Assembly (NCBI GenBank): GCA_009914755.4
Contig: CP068257.2
Coordinates: 15,232,001 to 15,296,000, forward strand
Reading direction: 5' to 3'
Length of the DNA: 64,000 bases
From: the human T2T-CHM13v2.0 reference genome, Homo sapiens
Shown here piece after piece: positions 42,899 through 56,190 of this stretch. The notes beneath the pieces are model-generated. The model ran no database searches and was not told the DNA's origin. It worked only from the letters and a program-made list of their open reading frames with translations. The first letter of the stretch is position 1; every line of letters begins with the position of its first letter. The position numbers were made by a program, and so were the translations under genes.

Positions 42899-42931
<33 letters not shown>
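42899..42931. repeat. (TG)n microsatellite
   Basis: (tg)16, about 135 bp downstream of the provirus 2 3' LTR. Confidence 0.95.
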
Positions 42932-42933
<2 letters not shown>

Positions 42934-44382
42934 ACACAAAAAGCATATACATATATTCTTCCATAGTTATTGTTCTATTTAGTTTTTATTCTTTTCTGGC
43001 TTCATTTTAATAATGTGTATTTTTCCATAACACATCCCCTTCAAAAAATTTTCTAATGTATACATTTATCTTCTCTAGTTTTTAATACATGTCCTCTCGT
43101 TTTCCAAAATTTGGAAGTGGGGGTGGTGGAACTGCTTTTGTCCTTTTTTTATTGACTACAACTGTGTATTTAACTGACTTAAAACAAAATCAACTCTTGA
43201 ATTTGCTTATTTACAAATAACTATTTAGTTCTATAATTCTACTCTTTGACATTTTGTGGATATTTTTATTATCTTTATTACTCACTTTCTCCTAAATATT
43301 AATAGTTTAAATTCATGAGTTGAATGTTTATTTATTTTCTTTCTTTTATGTCTAAGTAATAAAGGCTTTTAGGGCTAGATTGCATTATTGATCAATATTG
43401 AACATTATTTCATAAAGCAAGATAAGTTGTATAGATGTCTAAAACCTATAAAATATTTTGCAATTTGAATATTATGCTCAAAGACACGTAAAATGTATTA
43501 GACATGTAATTACAGAAAAATCTCTAAAGTACTAAAAACATATAGAGAATATTAAAAATGACATTAATTTATAAGAAATTTGACCCATATAAAATTAATA
43601 TATGAATGATAAATAAAAAGCTAATAAATTTTCAAAAAAAATTACCTTCTAAGACTTTAGAAAAACATTTGAAAATAAACTTTACTGTGTCTTTTAAAAT
43701 ATCCATGAATAATGGATTTGAGCTTGAAGTTCAGATCACTTCTCCAACAAAAAAAACCTTCAATGAATCTGAATATTAAAATAGCTCATTAAGAAACTTT
43801 TCCCCTAACAATTTAGAGAGTTCTCAAAATAATCTCTTATTCTCATTTTCCTATTATTTAACTTATGTTTATTGCCTCTCCTCTACATTTAATGATTTGA
43901 GAACTGTGATTAAATAGATACATTATTAAAGCTTTCCTTTGTTGAAATATAGCTCTGTATATTTTCAAATGCTATTGGCTATCAACTATATATTTATCAT
44001 GTAAACCTGATATCAACAGCAGCATGCTCCTTATTTATTTGGAGATTTCAACAAAGTCCACTTAGATTTTTTAATGACCAAATAAATAAAAGTGTCTAGA
44101 GAGTCATCGGATTTTATTTGGTAATAACAAATAATCAGATTAATATCAACAATATCAAATGTCAATCCCCGCATTTGAGTCCTTGAAGAAACTTAGTTTT
44201 TTCTTTATGTCCAGCCATTGTCAACATTTCGAAGGAATAATTTTCTCTTCCGAATAGAAAATAGACAGTAAGCAAAATTTAAATAAAATGAGAGAACTTC
44301 TGATAAAAATACATAGATTATGTTTTAAAGGAAGAATTTATCTTTTCTACCTTTTTTCTTTTCCCTCTTTTAAACAAGAATT

Positions 44383-44797
44383 ATGTCCAACTATGATAGA
44401 CTGGATTAAGAAAATGTGGCATATATACAGCATGGAATACTATGCAGCCATAAAAATGATGAGTTCATGTCCTTTGTAGGGACATGGATGAAACTGGAAA
44501 TCATCATTCTCAGTGAACTATCACAAAGACAAAAAACCAAACACCGCATGTTCTCACTCATAGGTGGGAATTGAACAATGAGAACACATGGACACAGGAA
44601 GGGGAACATCACACTCTGGGGACTGTTGTGGGGTGGGGGGAGGGGGGAGGGATAGCATTAGGAGATATACCTAATGCTTAATGACGAGTTAATGGGTGCA
44701 GCACACCAGCATAGCACATGTATACATATGTAACTAACCTGCACATTGTGCACACGTACCCTAAAACTTAAAGTATAATAATAATAAAATAAAAAAA
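44383..44797 (+). mobile_element. L1PA-type 3'-end fragment (about 415 bp, 5'-truncated) with A-rich tail and a target-site duplication of about 9 bp, ACAAGAATT
   Basis: …ctatgatagactggattaagaaaatgtggcatatatacagcatggaatactatgcagccataaaaatgatgagttcatgtcctttgtagggacatggatgaaactggaaatc…gggagggatagcattaggagatatacctaatgcttaatgacgagttaatgggtgcagcacaccagcat…cctaaaacttaaagtataataataataaaataaaaaaa. ACAAGAATT occurs at 44374-44382 and 44799-44807. Divergence from a young L1PA consensus is low. Confidence 0.85.
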
Positions 44798-45589
44798 CAC
44801 AAGAATTGATTCTTTTTAATTGATAGCAAAAATTTAAAAAAACAACTTATTGTCATCAAGGATTCACTATTACATTTTATAATATGGCTGGAATTATGAA
44901 ATGTGTGCTGGTATAATTAATATCAGATAGATAAAAATAATATTCTTTATCTTTGTTCTGTTACTAATCCTCAGAAATTAACAATAAGATCTCTTTGAAA
45001 AGTGTGTACATTAATTCTCTTGACCTGGGCATCATTGCAAGAATGCATATAATAGACAAGCAATAATTAAATGTCAAAGAAGTTGCTGCAATTTTTATTC
45101 AGAAGAATTTAAAAAGCACATATAAATTTTAAATGTGAAACAAGAATGTTATTTAAATCAGGAGGGAGTGTCGTTTCTTCCTAATGCCCTTGTCAAACAA
45201 CTACTCTAAAATAGCATTACATGTAATTCTGAAATGCCATGGATTAATAAGAGACATTCAAATTCTATAATGCAATTCAGTTTTTACCTCCGGTCATGAT
45301 TTTCTTTTCCATGGCCTTCAGTTTTGTCCTTAGACTCATATATGTGTAAATTGACAAATTTTCTTTTGTAATATAAATTTAAAAGAAGAGATAAAAATGC
45401 ACCATACAATTAAGAAGAGGGGAAGAATTATTTATTCACATACAGTTATCTGTGTGCACTTAGTCAATTCACAATCAATTTGAATTGTTATTTTTTAACC
45501 GAACTTGGAAAGTTTGGGATCTACAAAGTAGAAATTGAATTCTAGCCAAGAATTTACTACATAGCAGGTATAAAATATGGTGAGTATCA

Positions 45590-45965
45590 ACAGTTGAATG
45601 CTTGTACCCTTCCCCCAAATTCATGAGTTGAAGCCCTAAGCCCCAGTGTGGCTGTATTTGAAAACGGAGCCTTTGAGAAGGTGGTTAAGAGTAAATGAGG
45701 CTGTACAGGTGGAGCCCTAATCCAATAGGATTAATATTATCAGAAGAGACACCAGAGAGTTTGTGTTTCCCTTTCCCGTAACACATGGAGTGAAGAAGGC
45801 CAAAGTCAAGAGCAACCATCTACAAGCCAGGAAGAAAGTCCTCACCAGAAACTGAATTGTTCATAACCTTGATCTTGGACTTTTAGCCTCCAGAATTGTG
45901 AGAAAAACTACTGTTATTTAAGCCACCCAGTCTACAGTATTGTGTTATGGCAGCCTGAGCAGACT
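45590..45965 (+). repeat. MaLR/ERVL-type LTR fossil
   Basis: …ggtggagccctaatccaataggattaatattatcagaagagacaccagagag…gccatctacaagccaggaagaaagtcctcaccagaaactgaattgttcataaccttgatcttggacttttagcctccagaattgtgagaaaaactactgttatttaagccacccagtctacagtattgtgttatggcagcctgagcagactaaaa, the characteristic 3' half of MaLR-type LTRs. Confidence 0.5.
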
Positions 45966-46987
45966 AAAACAGTCAGATAGAAACTAAGTGATTGTTCAGT
46001 GTAGCACTGATTACATTATAACATTGGCATAAATATCCTAACTGCAGCTATGAGAGGTTTGATAGATAGTGAAACAAATTCAAGAAGTTTTTCTAGTTTT
46101 TCAGCAAAATTTTAAAACTACAAAAAGGAATTAATATTTTAAACTCTAGATCAATTAACAGTCTTCATTTTGTTTAAAAACAATGTTTTGAATAGATTTT
46201 AAAGGACCAATTTTACAGCAACATCTAAACTCAATTTTCATAATTTCCAGTATTGCCTGAATAAGATTAGATTCTTTATTAATCACTGCCATAAAGGAAA
46301 TTCAACTTTAAATGGGATCTTTGACATCTTTCTTTCCCTAATCTTCTTTAGTGAATTTCCTTGCAGAAAAAAATAAAAGCTAAATGGTTAACCAGATTTT
46401 AAGGTTCTCATCTCAAAGTTTTCAAACTTGTAACTCCCCAAATATGTATGCCCAACACTAACTCCTGCCCTCAACCGAGGCCATCTTGCATCCCTAGCCT
46501 CCATCAGCTTATTATTTCCTTCATCAAAAACACAGCCTCCCTCCCTGATTCCAGGCTGTCACTGTCCATCATGGTTTACCCACTCTTGAGACTCACCTTA
46601 AGCAACATCATCAGGACACATTTCTATTTCCTCTCGATCGGAATCAACCACTGCCTTGGAGCTCTATAGATTTTTAAAAAATTTCTATAATAGTAGCATT
46701 TATCCCACGCTATTTTGTTTTATACTGTTTTACATCATTGCCTTTCCCCTCTAATAGAGTGTGATCTCTAAAACAGGAAAGACAGCAGCTAGTATCTTTT
46801 TGCATTTTCCAAAAAAACTAACCCAGTACCTATTGGCATAATCAGTGCTAAATTTTTGTTCTGAATCAATAAATCTGTAATGACTTGGGAAAGTAAAGTT
46901 ATGTTATTGATGTTCAGTTGTTGGTATTCTTCAAGAATCACAAAAATAATGAGTCTTGAATTTTAGTAATTTATTTTTTATAGCAGG

Positions 46988-47310
46988 CATTGGCAAACTA
47001 TGGCCCATGGGTCAAATCTGGGCATATTTCTATTTTTGTATAGCCTTCAAGCTAAAGAATAATTTTTACACTTTCCAGTGTTTATAAAAATCAAAAGCAG
47101 AATAATATTCTGTGACTCATGGCAATTACATAAAATTAAAATTTTATGTTTGTAAATAAAGTTTTACTGGAATGTAACTGTGCCATTAACTTGGGTATTA
47201 TCTATGGGTGCTTTTGTGCTACAACAGCAGGATTCAGTAGTTATGACAGATTGTATAGCTCACAAAGCCTGAAATCTTTACTATTTGACCTCTTACAGTA
47301 AAAGAACTTA
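46988..47310. mobile_element. Ancient nonautonomous hAT-type DNA-transposon fossil (MER58-like)
   Basis: caggcattggcaaactatggcccatgggtcaaatctgggc…tttgtaaataaagttttactggaatgtaactgtgccattaacttgggtattatctatgggtgcttttgtgctacaacagcaggattcagtagttatgacagattgtatagctcacaaagcctgaaatctttactatttgacctcttacag. Both the terminal motif and the internal 'tttgtaaataaagttttattggaacacagcc…ctacaacggcagag…' core match this family as I recall it. Confidence 0.45.
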
Positions 47311-48671
47311 ATAACACCTTTTAAGAATATTTGATTTGCAGTGTTTATTGTATCGATTTTGCACTTTTGTTTTGCCTTAATAAAACATTTCATTATTTGA
47401 CAATATATTGTGATGTTATATTTGAAAGAATTTTAAAAAGCAATGGTGGTAATATAAAAAAGTTTGGTGATCCAACAAGTACCAGAAGAATTATTTTCAA
47501 AAAGTTATGCCATGAAAGACTGAATTATCCAGGCATGTCAATGTTATAACATTTTATCATGTTATTATATAAAATAAGTTCTGGTTAGGTAGAAAGCCAA
47601 TATCAGTAAATGATCACTAAGTGCCTATATGTACAAGATGAAGAAAAGAGGACAATGGAAGAAAGGGGACAGAAACAAGAGAAATCAAGAAAGCAAGATA
47701 ACAACATCAGGAAATTAAGTGAAGAACAATGAGAGCAAGTTGTTTGGCCAGGGTGAGAAGACTATTTGTGGTGTCTTTAACAGATATAGAGTTCACAGCA
47801 ATTAAAAATATGTGGAGGAGCTTGATATAGTAAATTCTGAAAGTACCATGTTTGGGAGACTTGTGTGATGTCCAGGAAGAGATGTTCAACAGACAACTAG
47901 AAATACAATACTCAAGCTCAGGATACACCTTTGAGTGTGATCTTCTTACAAATAATAGTTGAAGATATGAGCATATAAAAACAGCAAAGAGCCAAGGACA
48001 GAAGTTAGGCAGAACATGTATAACATTGGCTTAGAGTAAGAGTCAAGGACAGAAGTTAGGTAGAACATGTATAACACTGGCTTGGAGTAAGATCCTAGGA
48101 CAGAAGTTAGGTATAACATTGTATAACATGTATAACATTGGCTTGGAGTAAGAGTTTATAGAAAAAAAAATTAAGTAGGTAGTAGGATCAGTAGAAAAGA
48201 GCATGATAAAATGAGATTTTCAAGAATACAGAGGTAATCGATGTAATATTGCTGACAACAGAAAGGCTAAGAAAATAAAATACATAGAAATGTCACTGGA
48301 TTTAGAAAGGAGCATATCATTGGGAGTACCACCTTTAGATACAGAGAAGGGGGCATCTTATACCACTAAAGAGCCCTTGAAACCACAAACATACTCACAC
48401 ACTACATTGTTATAAAAGAAGATATGGGCATATCCTTCTCTCAGGATTCGGCCCTCAGCTCTAAAAAGCCCCCAAATATTGTCTTTAATAAGCCCAGGAA
48501 ACATTTCTCATTAAGGCGCTATGTGCTAAATATGTCCCCCAAAATTCGTATGTTAAAAATGTATTCCCCAATGCAACAGTGTCAGGAGATGAGGCCTAAA
48601 AGGAAGTGTTTAGGTCATAAGGGTTCTGGCCTCATGAATAGTTTAATGCCACTATAAATAAGATTTGCATA

Positions 48672-48880
48672 AATTAGTTAGGTGTGGTGGTGCATACCTG
48701 TAGTCCCAGCTACTTAGGAGGGTGCGGTGGGAGGATCACTTGAGCTAGGTAGATTGAGGCTGCAGTGAGCCATGATCATGCCTTTGCAATCCAGCCTGGT
48801 GACAGAGTGAGACCCTGTCTCAAAAAAAAAAAAAAAAAAAAAGAAAGAAAAAAGAAAAAAAAGAACTTTCAGGAGTGGGG
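48672..48880 (+). mobile_element. 5'-truncated Alu (right arm only) with long A-rich tail
   Basis: ttagttaggtgtggtggtgcatacctgtagtcccagctacttaggagg…gcagtgagccatgatcatgcctttgcaatccagcctggtgacagagtgagaccctgtctcaaaaaaaaaaaaaaaaaaaaagaaagaaaaaagaaaaaaaag. Confidence 0.85.
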
Positions 48881-48894
48881 CATGGGTTCTCTCT

Positions 48895-49110
48895 CTTCTG
48901 TTTTTCTCCATGTGAGGACATGGTATTTAACCACCCTCGCCCTTCCACTTTACACCATGGGAGGATGGAGCAAGAAGACCCACACCAGATGCCAGCCCCT
49001 TGCTCTTGAATTTCCCCACCTCCATCACTGTGAGAAATAAATTTCTGTTTTTTATAAATTACCCAGTCTCAGATGCAGCAGCAGAAAACAGACTGAGACA
49101 GTGCTCTAAA
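48895..49110 (+). repeat. MaLR (THE1/MST-like) LTR 3' portion
   Basis: …ctccatgtgaggacatggtatttaaccaccctcgcccttccactttacaccatgggag…ccccacctccatcactgtgagaaataaatttctgttttttataaattacccagtctcagatgcagcagcagaaaacagactgagac. Confidence 0.55.
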
Positions 49111-49821
49111 CATAGGCAATTGAATTTCAGTGTTGTCAAGATCTCTGGTTTGTGCTACTAGCAAAGACAGGGATGGGATGCTAGGAGGATTTGAATAATG
49201 GCATTGCATAGAAAAAAATTGACAATTTAATTAATTTTTCAATTTTTTTTCCTCAGATAATGCATATTCAGTAAACTCTTGCATTACAAAATGTGTTTTC
49301 CCAGCAATGCCAAATAACCATTTTCTTCTTTTTCTTTGTCTTCCATATTGGTGTGAGGTACTTAGAAATTAATGCTGTATTTGCAGCAATTGTAATACTT
49401 ACTGGGGAAAATATTTGACTATACTTTGCAATTTATATTGCTCTAAAATTTGTATATAACTAACTAGGTATAGAATTAATATGCTTGGACAGTAGCACTT
49501 TTTTTTTTAAACATTTTCACCTAAATTCTATTTGAATGCTAGAATATCTAATACTAGAATGGCTAATAATAATACACCTTTCCAAATTCTTTTAGTAAAA
49601 ATTTATATATAATTTAATTTGCCAAAAGATGAAAACAAAATTATTTAGCTTTATTTAAACATTTTATCATTAAAATGTTCATACTTATTAACTATAAATT
49701 TTCCTTTACATTTTAATAGATATACTATTTTAGAAGAAAAATATATTTTAACATATATAAAAATAATTTTTTTTATATTTACATGTGTTTATAATATTTT
49801 TAATAAAAATATGTTAAGTTT

Positions 49822-49945
49822 CATCCAGGAGTAGTGGCACAGGCCTATAGTCCCAGTTACTTGGATGCTTGAAGTGGGAGCACCACTTGAGCCCAGGGGT
49901 TCAAGGTTCAAGTTAGCAAGACCCTGTCTCTATGTTTAAAAAAAA
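49822..49945 (+). mobile_element. Alu-monomer-like (FLAM/FRAM-type) element
   Basis: ggagtagtggcacaggcctatagtcccagttacttggatgcttgaagtgggagcaccacttgagcccaggggttcaaggttcaagttagcaagaccctgtctctatgtttaaaaaaaa. Confidence 0.5.
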
Positions 49946-51757
49946 GTTAAATTTAATAAATTTTGTATATGATTACATTTAATTTTTAAACTCTTTAATA
50001 ATGATAATGAATACAAGTTGCTTTCTTAATATAAATATAAAAAATAAGCAGAGCTTTCAAACATTTTAAAAATCTGAAAAGATAAAATAGAAAATCTTCA
50101 AAGAGGATGATTGCCTAAATGTTTAAAAAGAAAAGATAATTAAAGGAAGAAGACTTCTGTAGAGCATGATTTATACAAAAAAAGAACATTATATATATAT
50201 ACATATAAACAGAACATTATGAAGCTTTTTTATATTTAAAAGTTATAATTTCTGATCAAAGCAATGAGATGAATCATACAATTTTTCTTATCAGGTCCAA
50301 AACTGAAACAGGTTAAATGAATTCCTATTATTTCTAACACTTCAACAAAGATAGATTACTGATCAAAACAATAAAATTGAGAAAAAAAATTATATCAGAT
50401 TTGCAACAAATGCAACTCTGGCCTGCTGTTTAGAAGATAAGTTAAATTCATGAAAACAAGAAATTGAGAAAAGAAAAACAACACCTCAATTTTTCTATGT
50501 TTACGAGATCACAATTCTGGAAAATGGCTATGGCATTCCTCTCACGGTATGAAATGATTGTAGCTACACACAACCTGACTCAAAAGTTTGAAATTTTCTA
50601 TTGAAATGAACATGGTTGAAAATTTAGTATTTAACTATACACCAAAATTAATTCCCATAAAGAAAAAAAAGTACAGAGGTTACAGTTTGGGTTATTGTTA
50701 CATATTTCACAATCAATTTTTGAAATCACCTCTGTAAAAAGCTGTTACTGGAAACATTTTGATTTCAAATTAAAACAATATAAAACTTCCCTTACACAGG
50801 AAAAAAAAACACATTTAATTACTGCTCTGAAAGAAAGGAACTGAATAGATAGCAAATGAACAATAGTATTAAATAAATATAAATAAATCCTAATACAAAA
50901 TGTGATGTTCTTAAAGAATACATTATGTGGCAAATAATTAGCCAATCATAATAGTGCTTTACAAGACACAAACAACACAGTAATTACAGAAAATAACACA
51001 AATTTTCTGGTTTAGTAGAAATCATTTTGAAATTGAGACCAAAATAGCCAAAATATAAGATATATTAAAAATAACAAAATATTATCACTACTCAGAATGG
51101 ATAAATCAAAATCAAATTATTAACTTAATAGATAGTAAAGTGAGAGAAGAAATGTTATACAAAAATTATAAGTAAATACTATTTATTAGTTCAACTAGAT
51201 TGTACAGGAGAAGAAATCCGAGCAGAAAATGACATTAACTGTGGATAATTCAATTATCAGAGGAAGAAAACAAGGATGTTAAAATTAATATTTCACTGTT
51301 TTTATACCTGGTGTTTTTAAAAAATGCATGGTTTTGACTTCAGTGAAGGACTGAAAAAAACAAATATTGTTTTTAAGCCTTTTCCAAGGCTTAAAATCTT
51401 AAAATCTTTCTGTCCAGAAAGATTATGAAGGACAACACTATGATAATGTTATTAGAATGATTGATTAAGAAGGAAGATTACAAAGTAGAATTTTGGCTGA
51501 TCTTTCTGAGACATTCTTCATGTCATGTGCAGCCCATAATTTGAATTTGTTATCAAGAGGCCTCAACTGGACCCAAAGAAGTGATAAAATAATTTGTAAG
51601 AATTCAAATACTATATATGATGGTTTTTTGAATCTGTCTAAAGATGTAATATCTTGAAAAAAGATACTAAGTTTAAAAATTTTTTGAGGCATGATGAAAA
51701 TGCTAAGTGATGTTAAGATATACAAAATTTTAAAAATGCACTTTAAAAGATAAGCAA

Positions 51758-52025
51758 AACACTTTGGAAGGCCGAGTCAGGCGGATCACTTGAGATCAGG
51801 AGTTCAAGACCAGCCTGGGTAACATGATGACATTCCGTCTCTACTAAAAATACAAAAATCAGCTGGGTGCGGTGGTGCACGCCTGTAATCCCAGCTACTC
51901 AGGAAGCTGAGGCAGGAGGATCGCTTGAACTCGGGTGGGGGCAGGTTGCAGTGAGCCAAGATTGTGATATTGCACTCCAGACTGGCTAACAGAGTGACAC
52001 TGTCTCAAAAAAAAAAAAAAAAAAA
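51758..52025 (+). mobile_element. 5'-truncated Alu with A(22) tail
   Basis: cactttggaaggccgagtcaggcggatcacttgagatcaggagttcaagaccagcctgggtaacatgatgacattccgtctctactaaaaatacaaaaatcagctgggtgcggtggtgcacgcctgtaatcccagctactcaggaagctgagg…ctgtctcaaaaaaaaaaaaaaaaaaaaa. Confidence 0.9.
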
Positions 52026-52040
52026 AGCAAGAGTAGAAGC

Positions 52041-52134
52041 TCTAGCCAGGTATGGTGGTGCATGTCTGTAGTCCCAGCTACTTGGGAAGCTGAGGTGGAA
52101 GGCCAGCCTGGGCAACAGGGCAAGACTCCATCTC
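52041..52134 (+). mobile_element. Short Alu fragment directly abutting the previous Alu tail
   Basis: ctagccaggtatggtggtgcatgtctgtagtcccagctacttgggaagctgaggtggaaggccagcctgggcaacagggcaagactccatctc. Confidence 0.8.
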
Positions 52135-52161
52135 TGAATGAATGAATGAATGAATGAATGA
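52134..52161. repeat. (GAAT)n microsatellite
   Basis: tgaatgaatgaatgaatgaatgaatgag. Confidence 0.9.
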
Positions 52162-54222
52162 GCAAATAACCAGAGACTCAGACTGAAGTAAATTTTGGTT
52201 TTGGGTAGGAAATATAATAACTTTCAATTTGTATCATTCAAAATTATTTGATTTGAACTGTTGAAAGCTAGTATTTTAACCAGTTAGAAAAACAAATAAA
52301 TGCAAGTTTGTGAATTTTACTTTTTACAAAAGATTGAAGTTTACAGTTTTAAAATTTTAGAGATAATGTTCTTTAATATCAAAAGAAAATGCCTTTGAAA
52401 TATGTAACAAAATGGCATTCCAATATAATATGAGACAGAATAGGAAAATGAGAATTTTTGCATGACTGTGAAGGAGACAATACACACATAAATAATCTCA
52501 AAACCAAGATTAATAGAAATTACGTTCTGGCCATTACAGATCTAGGTATAGTCTCGATTTTACTATTTTCTGTGTTCTTTATAATATCCCAGAATTAAAA
52601 TTTTTAAAGAAAGAATTTAATAAACATTTTATGAATCTAGATATTACTTTTAGATAATGAGGAGCATTACATACATGACATAAATTTATGCGATTAAAAT
52701 ATGTTTAGTATTTTCTGAAATGACATTACCAATTGTGACCTCATTACAATATTTGATCATAGTATGCAAAATTTATGGCTTATTTTAAAATCTGAGCTTG
52801 AAAAACTTAACAATCCTATTTTCCACTGACTTGCAGAATAAAGTATAAGTCAAATTCAAATAAGAACAATGAGAAAAAATTGAATATTTTGGCATTATTG
52901 TTAATAGTGCACAAATTATTTGAAAATTTTAATTATAAAGTATAACTAGTTAATTTTCTTTAAAAAGATAAGAAAAATAAATGTGATGAAATAAGTATGT
53001 AGTTTATGATTTATGAATATCATCATTTCATTCTTACCCAAACATCACTGCCCATCACCAGAAAACCAGACATGTACAATAAAGAAGTTTGCACATCTTT
53101 GGTATTTTGCCAAGTTGCAGATATGAAACATCACAGGTGTACATGCTGCTATGAAAGTATTTTGTCAAAAGAATAAAATATATTTGTTACCTCAATGCAC
53201 ATTCTTTTTAATAATTAGACATATAGCATGTGGGCCTCCATTTATTATAATATCCAGGGCTCTAAAAATATTAGTGGCAGGACTGATATTGTTTTCTATT
53301 AAAAAAAGATACTTATATTCCAAATTGAAGACCAAGTCAGATTGCAAAATTTTACATTTGTGTTGTAGAGTTAAGATCAGAAGATGAATAGATGAATCTT
53401 GCCTATTAAGGCCAGATGATCAGATGACTTACGTAAAAGCAATGCAATGCTTTTTTTTTCTTTCCTTCTTTTTTTTTTTTGTTTTTTGTTCTTTAAGTAT
53501 GTTAGGATCCCAATAGAAAATACATTCAAATTAGGGTAATTCAACAAGAGTTTAACAAAAAAAAAAACCCAACAACACTTATAAAAGTACGGGTATAAAA
53601 ACATGACAAGAACACACTAAGTATTGGCAGAGATCTTAACACCTCTGGGCCCTAAGAGCTGCCTTGAGTGAAAGAAGTTTTTTTAGAGACAGTCAGCCCA
53701 AAGGAACCCCACAGGGATGAAGCCAGGGGAAAAAAACAATCAATCAAACTCCTACACTTCTTCCTTATATTTTCTGTGTGGATCTCATTGGGTGAAACCA
53801 ACCATAAGCCAGAGAACAAGAGAACAAATTGATGAAATACATACAACTCATTGATGAAACCTACATAGATCAGCCTCTCAAGACACAGATCATGGTGGAG
53901 AGGAATGATGAACAGATCTGATGGGAAAGCAGAAATTACCTGGAACAGCATATTTTTCTCCTTTTAGAATCCACTCATCCTTCATTCACTTAGAAAGGTT
54001 TTATTCTCCACACATGGGGCATACAAATACCGTAAGGTACTGTATCATTGTAGTGATGTTAATTTGCTTGTACTTTCCACTGGATACTGAAATATTTTCT
54101 GTCACTAATGTTCTTCATAAAAAATTGAAGGAGGGGCATAGAAATGTAATCAGTGTTTTTTTTTTTTTTTTTTTTAAATTGAGTAATACCATTTACTTCT
54201 CCAGTAAATAGCTACAAGCTCA

Positions 54223-54494
54223 GGCCTGTAATCCCAGCACTTTTGGGGGCCAAGGAGGGTGGATCACAAGGTCAGGAGTTCGAGACCAGCCTGGCCAACA
54301 TGGTAAAACCCCGTCTCTACTAAAAATACAAAAATTAGCCAGGCCTGGTGGCAGTCACCTGTAATCCCAGCTATTTGGGAGGCTGAGGCAGGAGAATCGC
54401 TTCAACCCAGGAGGTGGAGGTTACAGTGAGCGAAGATTGTGCCATTGCCCTCCAGCCTGGGCAACAAGAACAAAACTCCATCTCAAAAAAAAAA
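54223..54494 (+). mobile_element. 5'-truncated Alu with poly(A) tail
   Basis: ggcctgtaatcccagcacttttgggggccaaggagggtggatcacaaggtcaggagttcgagaccagcctggccaacatggtaaaaccccgtctctactaaaaatacaaaaattagccaggcctggtggcag…ctccatctcaaaaaaaaaaaaag. Confidence 0.9.
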
Positions 54495-55959
54495 AAAGCT
54501 ACAAAAGTTTGCTTCCACAGCTGGTTAAAAACCTAACTTAGTAAGCATAGTTGTTTCGTTTACAATGTATTCAACTTACACTCCACCAGCACCCCAGCTC
54601 TCACAACACCTGACACCTACTGTCACAGATCCTGTACCCTTAGAAATGTGGTATTTGTGTGCAAAAAGTTTATTTGGACATGCTCAAGATAAACAGCTAT
54701 GAAGTATGGACACACAACTGGATAGTAAGATAATTTGAGTAGTGATGCAGCCACGACCAAGAAATCAGTTGATTCTATGGATGAATTTGGAGCTGGAATG
54801 GTTCAGAGACACTCTACACTGTGGCACAGGGACAGGCCCATATACCTCTCTGTTGACCAATTATTGGACTTGGCTGCCCCCAGGAAGAGGGCATGACCTT
54901 AGGTGGGTAGACTATTCAACCTAAAGAAAGTCCTGGACAGGAAGGCAGCTGAGAACCATTGGCTGCCAAGACTCTCAGCAGTCCAAGAAATGAATATTTC
55001 AGACCTGGAGGACTGAATCTTGGCAGTGAACCATGCCACACACTATAGATAGCCACTGTTTTCAGAGACCCTCTTGGGAGCTGCCGTCCAATTCTAGCTA
55101 GTGCTGGTATAACAATCACACCCAGTAGCAAACCAGGTTCGTTCTTTTTCCTTCTCCATAATGGCAAAGCAATGAAGCAGATACCATGTTAAACTGAGCC
55201 ATCCATTTGTGCTTTTTACTTATGTCTCCCAGAGCAGCTTCAGCTCAGTCTAATATATACCACTTCCATTTTATAAAGTAATGCTGTCATGCATATCCAA
55301 TTTTATGGTTGGGTTAAGCAGGTAACATACAATTCATCTTAAACAGTATGATTCACATAGCCATGGGGTTTTACAAGGCCATGCATTCACTTTCTATCAG
55401 AGCCCATTTGCAAGACAGAAGAAACTTTTCAAATGGAAATAGTTGATAGAATAGAAGGGAATTACATTACTCCTTAAGTGTAGATATCTGAGCTGTAATT
55501 GCTCTTATCTGGGTTTGGAAGGGTTTCATACAAAAATCATGTCTGTCACAAATGCTTCAAAAATGAGTGGATGTGCTAGGTTATTAGACCCAAAAGGCAA
55601 TATGGCATGAACCAAAACCAGTCTGGTTGCAGAGCTTTTTCTTATTCAAGACTCAAATCAATGCTGGCACCTGTCCAAATAAGTAAATGAGTTGGAGAAG
55701 GTTGACCAAATACAGTATATATTGGTTCCAAAATCCAAAGAGGCCTACTAAGTTATGTGTTTCTTTCACTGTGTTGGGTAACATAACTTGACTCATATTT
55801 CAGAAGGACTATCTTACCAAAAATTTCACTGATGTGGCATACCACAGAACTTTTTAGTCATTTATCTCCCATTTTCTGCAATGCACCTATATTACTAGGA
55901 TATTTATGTTTTTACTTTCTGTTTGCCATTTTCAGTGAGTATAATGTCTTCAGTACAAA

Positions 55960-56190
55960 GCAAGCTTGTCCAACCCATGACCCACAGGCCACATGTGGCC
56001 CAGAACAGCTTTGAATACGGATCAACACAAATTCATAAACTTTCTTAAAACATCATGATTTTTTTTGTGATTTTCTTTTTTTTTTTTAGCTCAGCAGCTT
56101 TTGTTAGTGTTAGTGTATTTTATGTATGACCCAAGACAATTCTTCTTCCAGTGTGTCCCAGGGAAGCCAAAAGATTAGACAACCCTGGTA
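55960..56190. mobile_element. Short palindromic hAT-type DNA-transposon fossil (MER30-like)
   Basis: …gcttgtccaacccatgacccacaggccacatgtggcccagaacagctttgaatacggatcaacacaaattcataaactttcttaaaacatcatgattttttttgtgattttcttttttttttttagctcagcagcttttgttagtgttagtgtattttatgtatgacccaagacaattcttcttccagtgtgtcccagggaagccaaaagattagacaaccctg. This matches, in reverse orientation, the MER30 consensus (~230 bp, hAT) as I remember it (…GGGCCACACATAAAATACACTAACACTAACGATAGCTGATGAGCTAAAAAAAAAATCGCAAAAAAATCTCATAATGTTTTAAGAAAGTTTACGAATTTGTGTTGGGCCGCATTCAAAGCCGTCCTGGGCCGCATGCGGCCCGCGGGCCGCGGGTTGGACAAGC…). Confidence 0.45.

Noticed and set aside
48780-48900. A long A/G-rich run (aaaaaaaaaaaaaaaaaaaaagaaagaaaaaagaaaaaaaag) that could be read as a regulatory poly-purine element
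   Set aside because: It is the decayed poly(A) tail of the truncated Alu at 48672-48880.
54560-55800. A roughly 1.2-kb stretch with weak hints of a transposon-derived coding remnant, including the minus-strand ORF at 54916-55167
   Set aside because: I could not match it to integrase, transposase or any other domain by eye. I leave it unannotated rather than guess a family.
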